A stretch of 20,000 bases of DNA, taken from IMG/VR virus record IMGVR_UViG_3300020048_000098, positions 55,005-75,004 of that record. The stretch is one strand, 5' to 3'. Each line of letters begins with the position of its first letter. The stretch's first letter is position 1. The position numbers and the translations under genes were made by a program. Shown here one piece after another: positions 1-8,992 of the stretch. A model generated the notes under the pieces. The model ran no database searches and was not told the DNA's origin. It saw only the letters and a list, made by a program, of their open reading frames with translations. This DNA comes from an uncultured virus (IMG/VR IMGVR_UViG_3300020048_000098) (taxonomy: Duplodnaviria > Heunggongvirae > Uroviricota > Caudoviricetes).

Positions 1-1223
1 TTGGTAGAGATACCATTGTAATCAGAAATCTCATCCTGTAATCCAGATATTTCTTTATTCAGTCTATCGCATTCTTTTTTGGTATCCGAGTACTTACCTA
101 CTGCTGTTTCTAGAACGTTTATAGTTAAACCATAAGATTCAATAGCTTTAGTATGGGTTACTTCACTAGATTCCAGCTCTTTAAGCAATTCCAAAGTATC
201 ATTCCTAAGTTTCCGGGCCTTAAGCGGTTTTAATGATTCCCCGCATTTAGGGCAAATTGAAGGAGGGGTTTCTAATTCCTTTCTTAGTAGTTTAATTCTA
301 GCCCTAACCCCGGTAAGGTTATTTTCCTCAAACATCAAATCAGACTGCCTTTGTTTTAACTCCAGGGTATTTGAGCCATGTGTTATAGCATCCAAAGTAC
401 CCTCCAACCTTTTTAATTCCAATTTCCATTCCATAAGCAACGCAGTAGGGGGTGCAGGTGTTAACTCCAATTCTTCTTTCTCTTTCCTAAACCCCTTGAT
501 ACTTTCTCGTATAGCTCCTAGCTTCGACTGTTTCTGTTTCTCAAAATTAGCTTCTTGTCTTTCAGCCATTGTTAAGAATCCTTCATTCTGTTCAATCTTA
601 GCTTTCAATGCAGAAACTTCCGGGGTAACCCTGCTTAAGGCAACTAATACGTTTTTCTTTTCAGTTTCTACCCTTGATTTTGCTTCCTCTATAAATTGGG
701 TTTCGAATATCTCCTCAAAGATTTTCTTCTTATCGGGTCCTGTTTCTTCAATTAACCTTTTTACTTTCTGGCCAAATACCATTGAATTACTGAAGAGTTT
801 GAAGGAGAATCCTAGAATTGATTTGACTTCAGCTGATACGGCGTTATTCCCCCTTAAGTCGGCCCTGTAAGTACCATTCTCCATTAGGATTAATTGGTCC
901 TTTCCAATGGTATCATTTACGATTTTACCCTTGTAATCCTTACATCTTACAATTTCGTATTTGTTATCCCCTTTCCTAAACTTTAAAGAAACCATTGTAC
1001 CCTCAGTATATCCTAGTTCTGGCCAGGGTGCTATGCTTGAGCCTTTCTTTAAAAGGTCCCCCCATTGTACCCAGGTAAGGGCATTTAGTATGGAGGTTTT
1101 ACCTGCACCATTATCACCCTGGATAATAGTAAGGCCTGGCTTATTCAAATTAAACAATAATGGGCCCCGGATTGAACCGAAACCCACTATCTTAAGTTTT
1201 GAGTATGTAATCTTATTGCTCAT
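1..1223 (-). CDS. SbcC/Rad50-like (T4 gp46-like) recombination ATPase, 3' end outside the window
   Basis: Not in the ORF track because it runs off the edge. Manual translation from ATG at 1223 gives MSNKITYSKLKIVGFGSI..., Walker A IIQGDNGAGKTSILNAL, Q-loop-like SNSMVFGQ, a coiled coil and a zinc-hook CPKC near 243-254. It lies directly downstream of the SbcD-like gene. Confidence 0.92.
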   Translation of the reverse strand, partial: MSNKITYSKLKIVGFGSIRGPLLFNLNKPGLTIIQGDNGAGKTSILNALTWVQWGDLLKKGSSIAPWPELGYTEGTMVSLKFRKGDNKYEIVRCKDYKGKIVNDTIGKDQLILMENGTYRADLRGNNAVSAEVKSILGFSFKLFSNSMVFGQKVKRLIEETGPDKKKIFEEIFETQFIEEAKSRVETEKKNVLVALSRVTPEVSALKAKIEQNEGFLTMAERQEANFEKQKQSKLGAIRESIKGFRKEKEELELTPAPPTALLMEWKLELKRLEGTLDAITHGSNTLELKQRQSDLMFEENNLTGVRARIKLLRKELETPPSICPKCGESLKPLKARKLRNDTLELLKELESSEVTHTKAIESYGLTINVLETAVGKYSDTKKECDRLNKEISGLQDEISDYNGIST

Positions 1224-2223
1224 GGTTTAATACCTGTATAAGTTTGTTAACTTTCGCTTTATCTTCAATATTCTTTATCTTGCAATAGTTTTTAGCTAGT
1301 TTGGATTTACTTTCCATACTTATGATTGGTGACTTATTCTCCTGCGTTACTTGGTCTGCAGGAATTTCAATCCAGTAATTGGTATCCCTATCAATCTCAT
1401 CTACCCAAGGTTCTGTACCTCTTTTAAAGTATTTGAACTTAGGTAATTCATCAAATTCAATGAATTTCTGGGATACATCTGCCCTGATAATCCACATACC
1501 TAAGTTTGCATCAGAATCCGATTTCCTTAGTTGTGTAGGTGTACCAATAGTTAGGGTATTAAACCTATCACTAAACTGCGGTAGATGTATATGCCCATTT
1601 AATACTAAATCGAAATCATTGAATAAAGCTGCTACCTCAGTCTTTTTAAGGTTTTCAAAGGAACCTACTTCCCTGCCATCAGTATCTAATAACCCCGGTA
1701 AGTCCATGTGAGTAAGTAGGATATTTGTATCACCTTCTTTATTAGCATGTGCTTTTTGCAAGTTTTCCATTAACCCCAAGTTATGTGTATAGTAAGGTAA
1801 TCCATGGAATCTAACCTGGGTATCTCTTAGTATGAAGTCCTTATAAGTATTATCCAGGCAAATAAGGTTAGGACAAATCCTGGATAAGCTTCTTACCCAA
1901 CTTGGTGAAGAATGTTCCCCAGTATTTTGTTGGCTCATATCATGGTTACCCGATATACATAGGATACCCATTATTGATTTCTCAAATAGGGGTAGTATGA
2001 ATTTAGTGATAAGGTCAAAGAGTTCATTTGAACAGGAGTTATCTGCATTAAGTAAGTCACCAGCAATTATAAGTGGTACCTTATAATCATTGGCCTTCTT
2101 TACTGCCATTTCTAAAGCAGAATAGGAGGCCCAAAACCTCCTATTTTCTTGATTGTATTGTTTCCAGATGTGTAAGTGTATATCTGAGATAGCTACTGCT
2201 ATTACCGGGCTAGTGTTTGCCAT
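1213..2223 (-). CDS. SbcD/Mre11-like (T4 gp47-like) metallophosphoesterase nuclease
   Basis: Calcineurin-like motifs SDIHLH, AGDLL, SGNHD, LLTH and LNGHIHLPQ; adjacent to the Rad50-like gene. Confidence 0.92.
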   Translation of the reverse strand: MANTSPVIAVAISDIHLHIWKQYNQENRRFWASYSALEMAVKKANDYKVPLIIAGDLLNADNSCSNELFDLITKFILPLFEKSIMGILCISGNHDMSQQNTGEHSSPSWVRSLSRICPNLICLDNTYKDFILRDTQVRFHGLPYYTHNLGLMENLQKAHANKEGDTNILLTHMDLPGLLDTDGREVGSFENLKKTEVAALFNDFDLVLNGHIHLPQFSDRFNTLTIGTPTQLRKSDSDANLGMWIIRADVSQKFIEFDELPKFKYFKRGTEPWVDEIDRDTNYWIEIPADQVTQENKSPIISMESKSKLAKNYCKIKNIEDKAKVNKLIQVLNHEQ

Positions 2224-3109
2224 ATTGGGAATTATAGTTTTTAAAGGTATCTATGAATTCTGGTTTAGTAAAAGTGGTAATGGAATAGAGTTTTGAAATC
2301 TTGGCAATCTCCATCACATTTAACTTAGGGTTTTCATCAATATAGTAGGGGAGTTTTGTTTTTCTCTCGAACTTAATATAATAGTGACGCAGATTGATTA
2401 AACCATTGTTTCTAGTGATTAACTCACGGAACTTAGTATTATCTAATGGTTTAAATGTTTCACCCGATTCTAGATAGTTTTCTATGCTACCGTATTTATC
2501 CAGGAATGCCAATGCAGTTTTAGGTCCTACCTTAGGATATCCCGGGATATTATCTGAATCATCCCCGTTTAATACCAGGTAATCTAAAGCATACTTCAAG
2601 TCATATCCTATATGGTGTTTGAAAGTATGGGCATTTAATTCTACATCCTTACCTGGGTTATAAATACTACAGTCATCAGAAATACATTGGTGAAAGTCCT
2701 TGTCAGCAGAGATGATAACCTTGTGCCCAGGAGTTTCCCTCATAATTTTATATATGAGGTCATCTGCCTCGGTATCTTCTTTACCTATGACAACCTTTAA
2801 ACCCAAGTTGTAACATAATTGCATTACTACTTCCTTTTGTTCCATGAAGTTCTGGAAATCAAATCCCAACTTAGGAGTTCTAACTTTGTATTCAGGTAAG
2901 AGTTCCCGGCGATAGGTACTCTTACCCTTATCAAATACAATGTACACATCTGATGGTTGGTATTTATCGAATAACCTACGTATAATATATGGGAAGCCAT
3001 ATATGCAAGAAGTGCTTTGTCCATCTCTTGCCGTCATGTTATTGAATTTATAATAAGCCCGATATAGGGTATTATTACCATCTATGATTAGTGTACTATT
3101 CTTCTTCAT
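2210..3109 (-). CDS. 5'-3' exonuclease / flap endonuclease (PolI N-terminal, T5 D15 / T4 RNase H-like)
   Basis: Motifs LIIDGNNTLYRAY, VFD, YRRELLPEYK, EADD, ISADKDFHQ and H3TH GDDSDNIPGYPKVGPKTA. The ATG at 3109 (MKKNST) is preferred over the TTG at 3136. Confidence 0.93.
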   Translation of the reverse strand: MKKNSTLIIDGNNTLYRAYYKFNNMTARDGQSTSCIYGFPYIIRRLFDKYQPSDVYIVFDKGKSTYRRELLPEYKVRTPKLGFDFQNFMEQKEVVMQLCYNLGLKVVIGKEDTEADDLIYKIMRETPGHKVIISADKDFHQCISDDCSIYNPGKDVELNAHTFKHHIGYDLKYALDYLVLNGDDSDNIPGYPKVGPKTALAFLDKYGSIENYLESGETFKPLDNTKFRELITRNNGLINLRHYYIKFERKTKLPYYIDENPKLNVMEIAKISKLYSITTFTKPEFIDTFKNYNSQYGKH

Positions 3110-4217
3110 CTGCCCCAGTTTTAAGGTTTGCAACACTGTATAGGTTATTAGTGGTATTCTCTAATTGTTTCCTAGTTTTAGATAGGGTATTAATACCTGA
3201 AGCAGCAATTAGGGACTTACGTAATTTAGAGTTAGTCCTAATAACTTCATCGAAGTTATCCATACTGCTTGCAACCTTATCCTCACCAAAGTAAACTGCA
3301 TTACCCCGTTTTTCAACTACCTGTAATCTTAGGAATACTTCATTCAAACCATTATATTTATCGTACCCGATATCATCCCCAGCTTCATCGGTAAAGTATA
3401 CCTTAGTATGGAAACTTGGTTTAGGGGGTGCAATCTTATTCTTATGTACCCGGAATGATACCTCATTACCTAATCTACTAGGATTAGTTTTAGTACCCCC
3501 TTTGATTTGTTTACCTCTGTAAAGGAATACCCGTTGAGAAGCAAAGAATTTCATAGCACCACCCCCTGGAGTTGTATCGGCTTCCTCATACATAGAAGCA
3601 CCTACTTTAGCACGGAGTTGGTTAATGCAGATTGTACATATCCCAAGTGAGTCCAGGATAGGATTTCTTAGCCTAATCATTTTATAGATTGCTTTAGCGC
3701 GGTTACCCATTTCTGCTTTACTATCCAATAGGGTTGAGTCCATATTCTGTTCGCAATCCAGGGCAGCAAGGGAATCTATGATTAAAACGATAGGCTCATT
3801 ATTTACTAGTACCTTTCTTAGTTCTAATACCATATCCCCAATCCAGTCCCCAATCTTCTCAATTGAAATCTCGGGAAGGATATATACCTTTTCTAGGTTA
3901 ACCCCATTTTGAATTGCCCAGCCAGCAGTAAATGCCCTTTCAGCATCTACGAATAAACCAACTCCCCCTAGTGCTTGAGCAACTGATAAGAAGTCTAATG
4001 CTAAAAGGGTTTTACCTGATGACTCTTCACCAGCTAATTCTAACATTCTTCCATAGAGTATACCACCACCCAATGCTTCGTTAATACCGATATTCCTGGA
4101 TGGAAGCCATATAGCGTCTTCTTTAGGTACGCATATATCAGAAGCCAGCCCGGCGTTTGGATATTTCCGGGCTATATCTGACTTTCTTTTTATTCCTATT
4201 TTACTTATCTTGGCCAT
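3096..4217 (-). CDS. recA: Phage RecA/UvsX recombinase
   Basis: LGGG, Walker A GEESSGKT, FVDAE, IIDSLAAL, INQLR and TTPGGGAMKFFASQR match RecA motifs. Confidence 0.93.
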   Translation of the reverse strand: MAKISKIGIKRKSDIARKYPNAGLASDICVPKEDAIWLPSRNIGINEALGGGILYGRMLELAGEESSGKTLLALDFLSVAQALGGVGLFVDAERAFTAGWAIQNGVNLEKVYILPEISIEKIGDWIGDMVLELRKVLVNNEPIVLIIDSLAALDCEQNMDSTLLDSKAEMGNRAKAIYKMIRLRNPILDSLGICTICINQLRAKVGASMYEEADTTPGGGAMKFFASQRVFLYRGKQIKGGTKTNPSRLGNEVSFRVHKNKIAPPKPSFHTKVYFTDEAGDDIGYDKYNGLNEVFLRLQVVEKRGNAVYFGEDKVASSMDNFDEVIRTNSKLRKSLIAASGINTLSKTRKQLENTTNNLYSVANLKTGADEEE

Positions 4218-4219
4218 GA

Positions 4220-4984
4220 TTACATATCATCATTACGAGATTTTTTTCCTTTTCTTTCTTCTTTGTCCTTGTTACGGTCCTTACGTTTTCTTCTGCTTTC
4301 AGATTCATCCTCTTCTGCATCGGGTGTAGCAGTATTAAGGAATTTAGCAAGGTATTCTTCAGTTTCCTCATAAGTAGGAATGATACCTTTAACCATCTCT
4401 TCAAGGTTAATTGGTTTTGACCAACCCTTTGGACCTGCCGTATTTTTGCAGGGAGAAACAGTATATTCTGTATCTAATTTACCTTTACCTTCACGGGTAA
4501 GTTTTAAATCGTAACCATCTTCTGGGTCAGTGAAATCCCCCCAATCATCTTCATCAAGGAATAGGTCAATGATTTCATTGTAAAGGGAAGCAGTGATTTG
4601 AACAAATCTACCAGAACGTTCTTCATCTAATTCTTTACCCTTTTCATCTTTGTATACCGCTACTGGTAGTAGGTATTTGTTTTTAGGGGCAAGGATTTTA
4701 GCTAATGCCTTATCATCATCATCCTTAGATTTTTTAAGGGATTCATATTTCTCCATGATTGCGCATGGCATTCCAAATGTAGCTGGGGATATAATACCCT
4801 TGATTTCTGCACCCAGGTAGAATTGAACTACTTCCATTACGAAGTCTTCATCTTTACCTACTGGTAAAGGTCTAACTCTTAGTGTTCCCTCTTTTAGGAA
4901 AATAAGGTTCCCGCCCCCTTTTGAATTGTTTTTGAGGTCAGCTTTCTTAGCTTTTAACCTTTCCTTTAAACTCTGTTTCGCCAT
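4220..4984 (-). CDS. Single-stranded DNA-binding protein (gp32-like phage SSB)
   Basis: N-terminal LKEGTLRVRPLP and GYDLKLTREGKGKLDTEYTV patterns typical of phage gp32-like SSBs; highly charged C-terminal tail; position between the UvsY-like gene and recA. Confidence 0.75.
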   Translation of the reverse strand: MAKQSLKERLKAKKADLKNNSKGGGNLIFLKEGTLRVRPLPVGKDEDFVMEVVQFYLGAEIKGIISPATFGMPCAIMEKYESLKKSKDDDDKALAKILAPKNKYLLPVAVYKDEKGKELDEERSGRFVQITASLYNEIIDLFLDEDDWGDFTDPEDGYDLKLTREGKGKLDTEYTVSPCKNTAGPKGWSKPINLEEMVKGIIPTYEETEEYLAKFLNTATPDAEEDESESRRKRKDRNKDKEERKGKKSRNDDM

Positions 4985-5004
4985 TTTTATTAGGTTTAAT
5001 TAAA

Positions 5005-5463
5005 TTAACTTTGTTTCCTTAAATTAGCACTTAGCGTTTGCATCAAAAATGAACGTTGTTCAAATGATTTTACGCAGGTATCAAGAATACCTAAATTCTC
5101 TAAAGCATCTAGGTATTCCTTATTAGCTTTGGCATATTCCTCTGATACATCAGCATGTGCTTTAGCCATATCATTGTTGTAAACTTTCCCAGTTTCGGGG
5201 TCTAGGTCATTTTTATAATCAATATAAACCTTTGACCAGGCTTTATTCCTTTCTATATCCTTATCTTCCTTAATACGGGCATATTTTTTATGTAGCATAC
5301 ATAAGAACCCATAAGATTGGGGATTAACAAGCAACTCATCATTGATGTTATTCTCATTTATTACTAATTCCTCGTAAAGGTTAAATTTGAACTTTTCTTC
5401 CCCATACTTAATGGAGATGTTCATAAGGTCTGCCTTTGAAGCGTATCTGTGTAGTTTACTCAT
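5005..5463 (-). CDS. UvsY-like recombination mediator (helical/coiled-coil)
   Basis: 152 aa, predominantly helical, C-terminal KSFEQRSFLMQTLSANLR resembles UvsY-type proteins; synteny with SSB and RecA. Confidence 0.55.
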   Translation of the reverse strand: MSKLHRYASKADLMNISIKYGEEKFKFNLYEELVINENNINDELLVNPQSYGFLCMLHKKYARIKEDKDIERNKAWSKVYIDYKNDLDPETGKVYNNDMAKAHADVSEEYAKANKEYLDALENLGILDTCVKSFEQRSFLMQTLSANLRKQS

Positions 5464-5492
5464 TTTCTAATGATTTAGTTAATATAGCATTA

Positions 5493-6113
5493 CTAGTTAT
5501 TAAGGAATTCAGCAATCAACTTATATCTGTCCTCAATTTCCCCCCATGTATCAATACGTAATATCTTCGTGTTTGGGCAGTTATCCTTGAAGTATCTTTC
5601 GTAGGTATCTTCAAATACGGCAGTTACCATTCTTTGGTAGTATGGGTTATCAACCCTTGACCCATTATCTTCAATCTCTAAAGTTGGGTTTGAAAGGAAG
5701 ATAACATGTGTTAATTCATTAAAAGCCCTCATGCAACGGTTGATAAAGAATTCACAACGGGTAGCACCCATTAGGGGAGAACATTGTAGCATGAAGTAAC
5801 TTAGGTTATCTAATGGGGTTCTGTCAATAACAAAGTTATCATTTTCAGCTATGAAGGATACCCTTGCCTCTAATACTGCCTTTTGGAATTCCCAACCAAA
5901 TTCGGGGTTGATGTGTGATAACCTGATAACATCTTTATGCCCAGATTGAGTCCAGCCATATTTATTTACCAGTTCATTCTGTACTTCTTCTGCCATAAGT
6001 AATCCTGCAGAGTTTTCTTTAAATTTTAAACCCAATCTCTCTTGGATTAGGTTTGCCTGTGTGGTTTTGCCAGAGCCGGAGTGTCCACAGAATCCTACTT
6101 TAATTGTTTTCAT
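5493..6113 (-). CDS. P-loop nucleotide kinase (AAA_28/NadR-like; putative dNMP kinase)
   Basis: Walker A GHSGSGKTT at the N-terminus, VIDRTPLD motif typical of NMP-kinase-like proteins, and lid-like EDNGSR. Confidence 0.72.
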   Translation of the reverse strand: MKTIKVGFCGHSGSGKTTQANLIQERLGLKFKENSAGLLMAEEVQNELVNKYGWTQSGHKDVIRLSHINPEFGWEFQKAVLEARVSFIAENDNFVIDRTPLDNLSYFMLQCSPLMGATRCEFFINRCMRAFNELTHVIFLSNPTLEIEDNGSRVDNPYYQRMVTAVFEDTYERYFKDNCPNTKILRIDTWGEIEDRYKLIAEFLNN

Positions 6114-6116
6114 AAT

Positions 6117-8291
6117 TTATTTGTTTAACCAGGTTGTGTAATCTAAATTCTTATCATATTCGTGTAAGTCAGCCCAATGCCTACCTATTTCGCATTCTGC
6201 TTTCATTTTAACCTTTTCGAATTGGAACCCAAAGAATTCTTGGGTTTGGGGGTTTGAACATATCTCAATTAATTTTGGTACTAACCAATGGATATCCTCA
6301 GCTTTTACATAAAATCCCAGTGAGTCATGGACGGTGTATCTTAAATCCATGTAAGCAGGGAATTCCCCTAACCTTATTTTTTCCCATATAATAATGGCAC
6401 TAAATAAAGTAAAGTAGGAAGCTGCACCTTGTATAGGAGCATTAACGGATTGGCGCATTGCTTCTAATTGTTTTCCAAACATTGAGGAGTAAACATCTGG
6501 TAACCTACGTTTGAAACCAAAAGGGTTATATACATACCCATTCTCTTTAACGAAGGCATGTTGCTTAGCAATCCATTTTTTAATACCCGGAAATGATTTG
6601 AACCAATCATCTAATCCCTGTTGTGCTTCCTCTACCGTACAAACCTCTTTAGTTGCATTAGTAATTGTTTCAGCTAACTTCTTGGCAGACTGCCCGTAGA
6701 GTATCCCAAAGTTGTAGGTTTTTGCCTTCTTCTTCATCTTATTTGCCCAGTCATGCCTTGGATGACTTTCATCCTTAGTCATATCCCGGAGTTCCTTATA
6801 ATCCATATTTGCCATCTTTGCAGCAGTGGCAACGTGTATACTATAACCTTCCTGGAACATCTGAACCATATTCTTATCCCCTGACATCTCAGCAACTACC
6901 CTAAGTTCTGCTTGGGAGTAGTCTAATTCCATGTGTAGGAATCCATCCGGGGGTGTAAACATTCGTTTGATATCTGCATTGGTTGTTACACGGGGTATAT
7001 TCTGCAAATTGGGTGTTTCACTACTTAACCTGCAAGTTACAGTCCCATGTATCTTATAATTGGTATGAATCCAACCATCATCGGATGCCTCAGCTAATAT
7101 CCCTACGATATTTGTGGAATGTAACTTAGTTAAACCCCTATAATCTAGCATGGTTTCCAGGAACCCAGAATCATCCTGTTTTGCTAATTCTACCAATACA
7201 GATTCATCAGTTGAAGGTCTTTGTGTTTCCTTCTTGGTTTTCTTATCAACGGTATATTTTACGATATCGAATTGGAATCCATATTTACTGTTGAAAAGCA
7301 ATTCAATCATCTGGTTAGGACTTGCAAAATTGAAGGGTTCAAATGCTTCTAAGTCTTTTTTTGTAGTAAAGACATTGTTTATAATGTTAGATACTTTCTG
7401 CTTTCTAGTAGCTATCTGTTTTTGAATCGCAGCAACCTTCTTTTTGTCTACAATAGGTATATTTGCAGAAAGTGCTATGATTTCATCCTTGAGAACCCTT
7501 ATCATTGCCTTCTTCTTGGTTTTTAACCTTGCCTTGTCATATTTTAATACAAAAGGATGGCTGTTAAGAATAATCAGGGCATCTTCAATCTTTTTATCGT
7601 ACCTAAGTTTTAAGTCATTTAAGTATTCCATATCTAAGTGCATACCTTGGAACTCGGTTGTACCTAGAACCCTTGTAAGCATCATATTCATATTACGGAA
7701 TAACATATAAAACCCATTGTCAATACATTTCTTTTCGAATTGTAGCATTAATCGGAAAGTTGCATCGCAATCTATACCACAGTAAGTACCCATCGTACCC
7801 ATTGGAATTTTACCCCAATCTCTACCACTTTTTTCACCTAATTCCTTTTCATACCCAGCAAAGTCAGGTAAGAACCTTGCTACCATTGATTTCAGGTCAT
7901 TGGGTCTTTCTTCATTCAATAGGTACTTAGCTAACATACCATCAAAGAACCTACCCATTATTCTAACTTTGCTTGATTTGAACCATTTGTATTCATATTT
8001 GGCATTCCAAGCTATTTTAGTAATCTTTGGGTCAGACATAACCCCTTTACCGAATTTCTGCAGGATTCTTTCCCACTCACCCTTGAAAGGGGACTCATGG
8101 TGCCCTAATGGGATTATCCAGGTATTACCGGGTTGGAATGATACCCCTAACATTAATGGGATAGAGTAATCCTCGTAGTATTTTAAGTCCAGGGTTTCAA
8201 AGTCAATACAGGCATACCCTGTCTCTTTACAATAAGAAATCAGAGTTTCTAGCTCTGATTCCGTGTTAACCCAATTTAAGGTCGTTCTCAT
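6117..8291 (-). CDS. polA: DNA polymerase family A with 3'-5' exonuclease domain
   Basis: Exo I IDFET, Exo II WNAKYE, Exo III YCGID; RLSSETPNLQNIPR; motif A LDYSQAELR; motif B KAKTYNFGILYG; NAPIQG; motif C VHDS. Confidence 0.96.
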   Translation of the reverse strand: MRTTLNWVNTESELETLISYCKETGYACIDFETLDLKYYEDYSIPLMLGVSFQPGNTWIIPLGHHESPFKGEWERILQKFGKGVMSDPKITKIAWNAKYEYKWFKSSKVRIMGRFFDGMLAKYLLNEERPNDLKSMVARFLPDFAGYEKELGEKSGRDWGKIPMGTMGTYCGIDCDATFRLMLQFEKKCIDNGFYMLFRNMNMMLTRVLGTTEFQGMHLDMEYLNDLKLRYDKKIEDALIILNSHPFVLKYDKARLKTKKKAMIRVLKDEIIALSANIPIVDKKKVAAIQKQIATRKQKVSNIINNVFTTKKDLEAFEPFNFASPNQMIELLFNSKYGFQFDIVKYTVDKKTKKETQRPSTDESVLVELAKQDDSGFLETMLDYRGLTKLHSTNIVGILAEASDDGWIHTNYKIHGTVTCRLSSETPNLQNIPRVTTNADIKRMFTPPDGFLHMELDYSQAELRVVAEMSGDKNMVQMFQEGYSIHVATAAKMANMDYKELRDMTKDESHPRHDWANKMKKKAKTYNFGILYGQSAKKLAETITNATKEVCTVEEAQQGLDDWFKSFPGIKKWIAKQHAFVKENGYVYNPFGFKRRLPDVYSSMFGKQLEAMRQSVNAPIQGAASYFTLFSAIIIWEKIRLGEFPAYMDLRYTVHDSLGFYVKAEDIHWLVPKLIEICSNPQTQEFFGFQFEKVKMKAECEIGRHWADLHEYDKNLDYTTWLNK

Positions 8292-8703
8292 ATATCCTTT
8301 CTACGTTTACACCACATTTCATTAATAAATCAATTCCCTCTGTAGTTCTGTAGGGGGTTAGGTATACTACAGTTTGAATACCTGCCTGTACTATTAATTC
8401 AGCACATTTTCTGCAAGGCCCAGATGTACAGTATAAAGTAGCACCTATTAAGGATATACCGAATCTGGCAGCATAAGAAATAGCATTAGCTTCGGCATGT
8501 ACGGTATTTAAGCAAGGGTTATCGGCATTACAATTTTCATCAGTGCAATGTGGTAAACCCTTTATTGAACCATTATACCCAGTTACTATTATCCTACCAT
8601 CCTTAGTAACGGTGCAACCCACCTTTCCCCTGTTGCAAGTGGAGCGTTGCGATACGACGAGTGCTATCTGCATCGCCATCTGAATTCTTGAAATCCTTGC
8701 CAT
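8266..8703 (-). CDS. dCMP deaminase (ComEB/cd family)
   Basis: RSTC..KVG, TGYNG, zinc motifs HAEANAI and PCRKCA. Confidence 0.93.
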   Translation of the reverse strand: MARISRIQMAMQIALVVSQRSTCNRGKVGCTVTKDGRIIVTGYNGSIKGLPHCTDENCNADNPCLNTVHAEANAISYAARFGISLIGATLYCTSGPCRKCAELIVQAGIQTVVYLTPYRTTEGIDLLMKCGVNVERIYENDLKLG

Positions 8704-8992
8704 ATTTTATTTTGTTTAGTAATTTATCCCTCCTATTATTATAGTGGGAATCAAAACCTTGCTGTTCCTCCCTAGATAGTTTTGCTATCTGCAGTGCAAT
8801 AAAGAACTGAGCATGTGCCAATTCCTCAATAAACTTTTCTTTAGTTTGCTTGTCCTTCTTGCCATTTACGATTTTACAGAGTGGGTGAGTTAACTCTGCC
8901 ATTTCCTCTATCAACTTAACTTGGGAGTAGTTAACCCCCAAGTTTTTGTCTGATGCCGATATGATTTCTTTTAAACTATTCAGCTGGTTCAT
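8603..8992 (-). CDS. MazG-like nucleotide pyrophosphohydrolase
   Basis: KLIEEMAEL...EELAH resembles the MazG EExxEL...EExxD pattern, with the last Asp replaced by His. The C-terminal ~33 codons overlap the deaminase gene. Confidence 0.6.
   Translation of the reverse strand: MNQLNSLKEIISASDKNLGVNYSQVKLIEEMAELTHPLCKIVNGKKDKQTKEKFIEELAHAQFFIALQIAKLSREEQQGFDSHYNNRRDKLLNKIKYGKDFKNSDGDADSTRRIATLHLQQGKGGLHRY

Noticed and set aside
2827..4404. Same-strand alternative-frame ORFs 2827-3024 and 4201-4404
   Set aside because: They are nested in or overlap the exonuclease and SSB genes and have no recognisable protein features.
6117..8291. Intein or intron in PolA (suggested by the unusual Cys in TCRLSS and the thumb insert)
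   Set aside because: The ORF is continuous and of normal size, with no intein terminal HN motif or homing endonuclease signature. The helicases and RecA also look uninterrupted.
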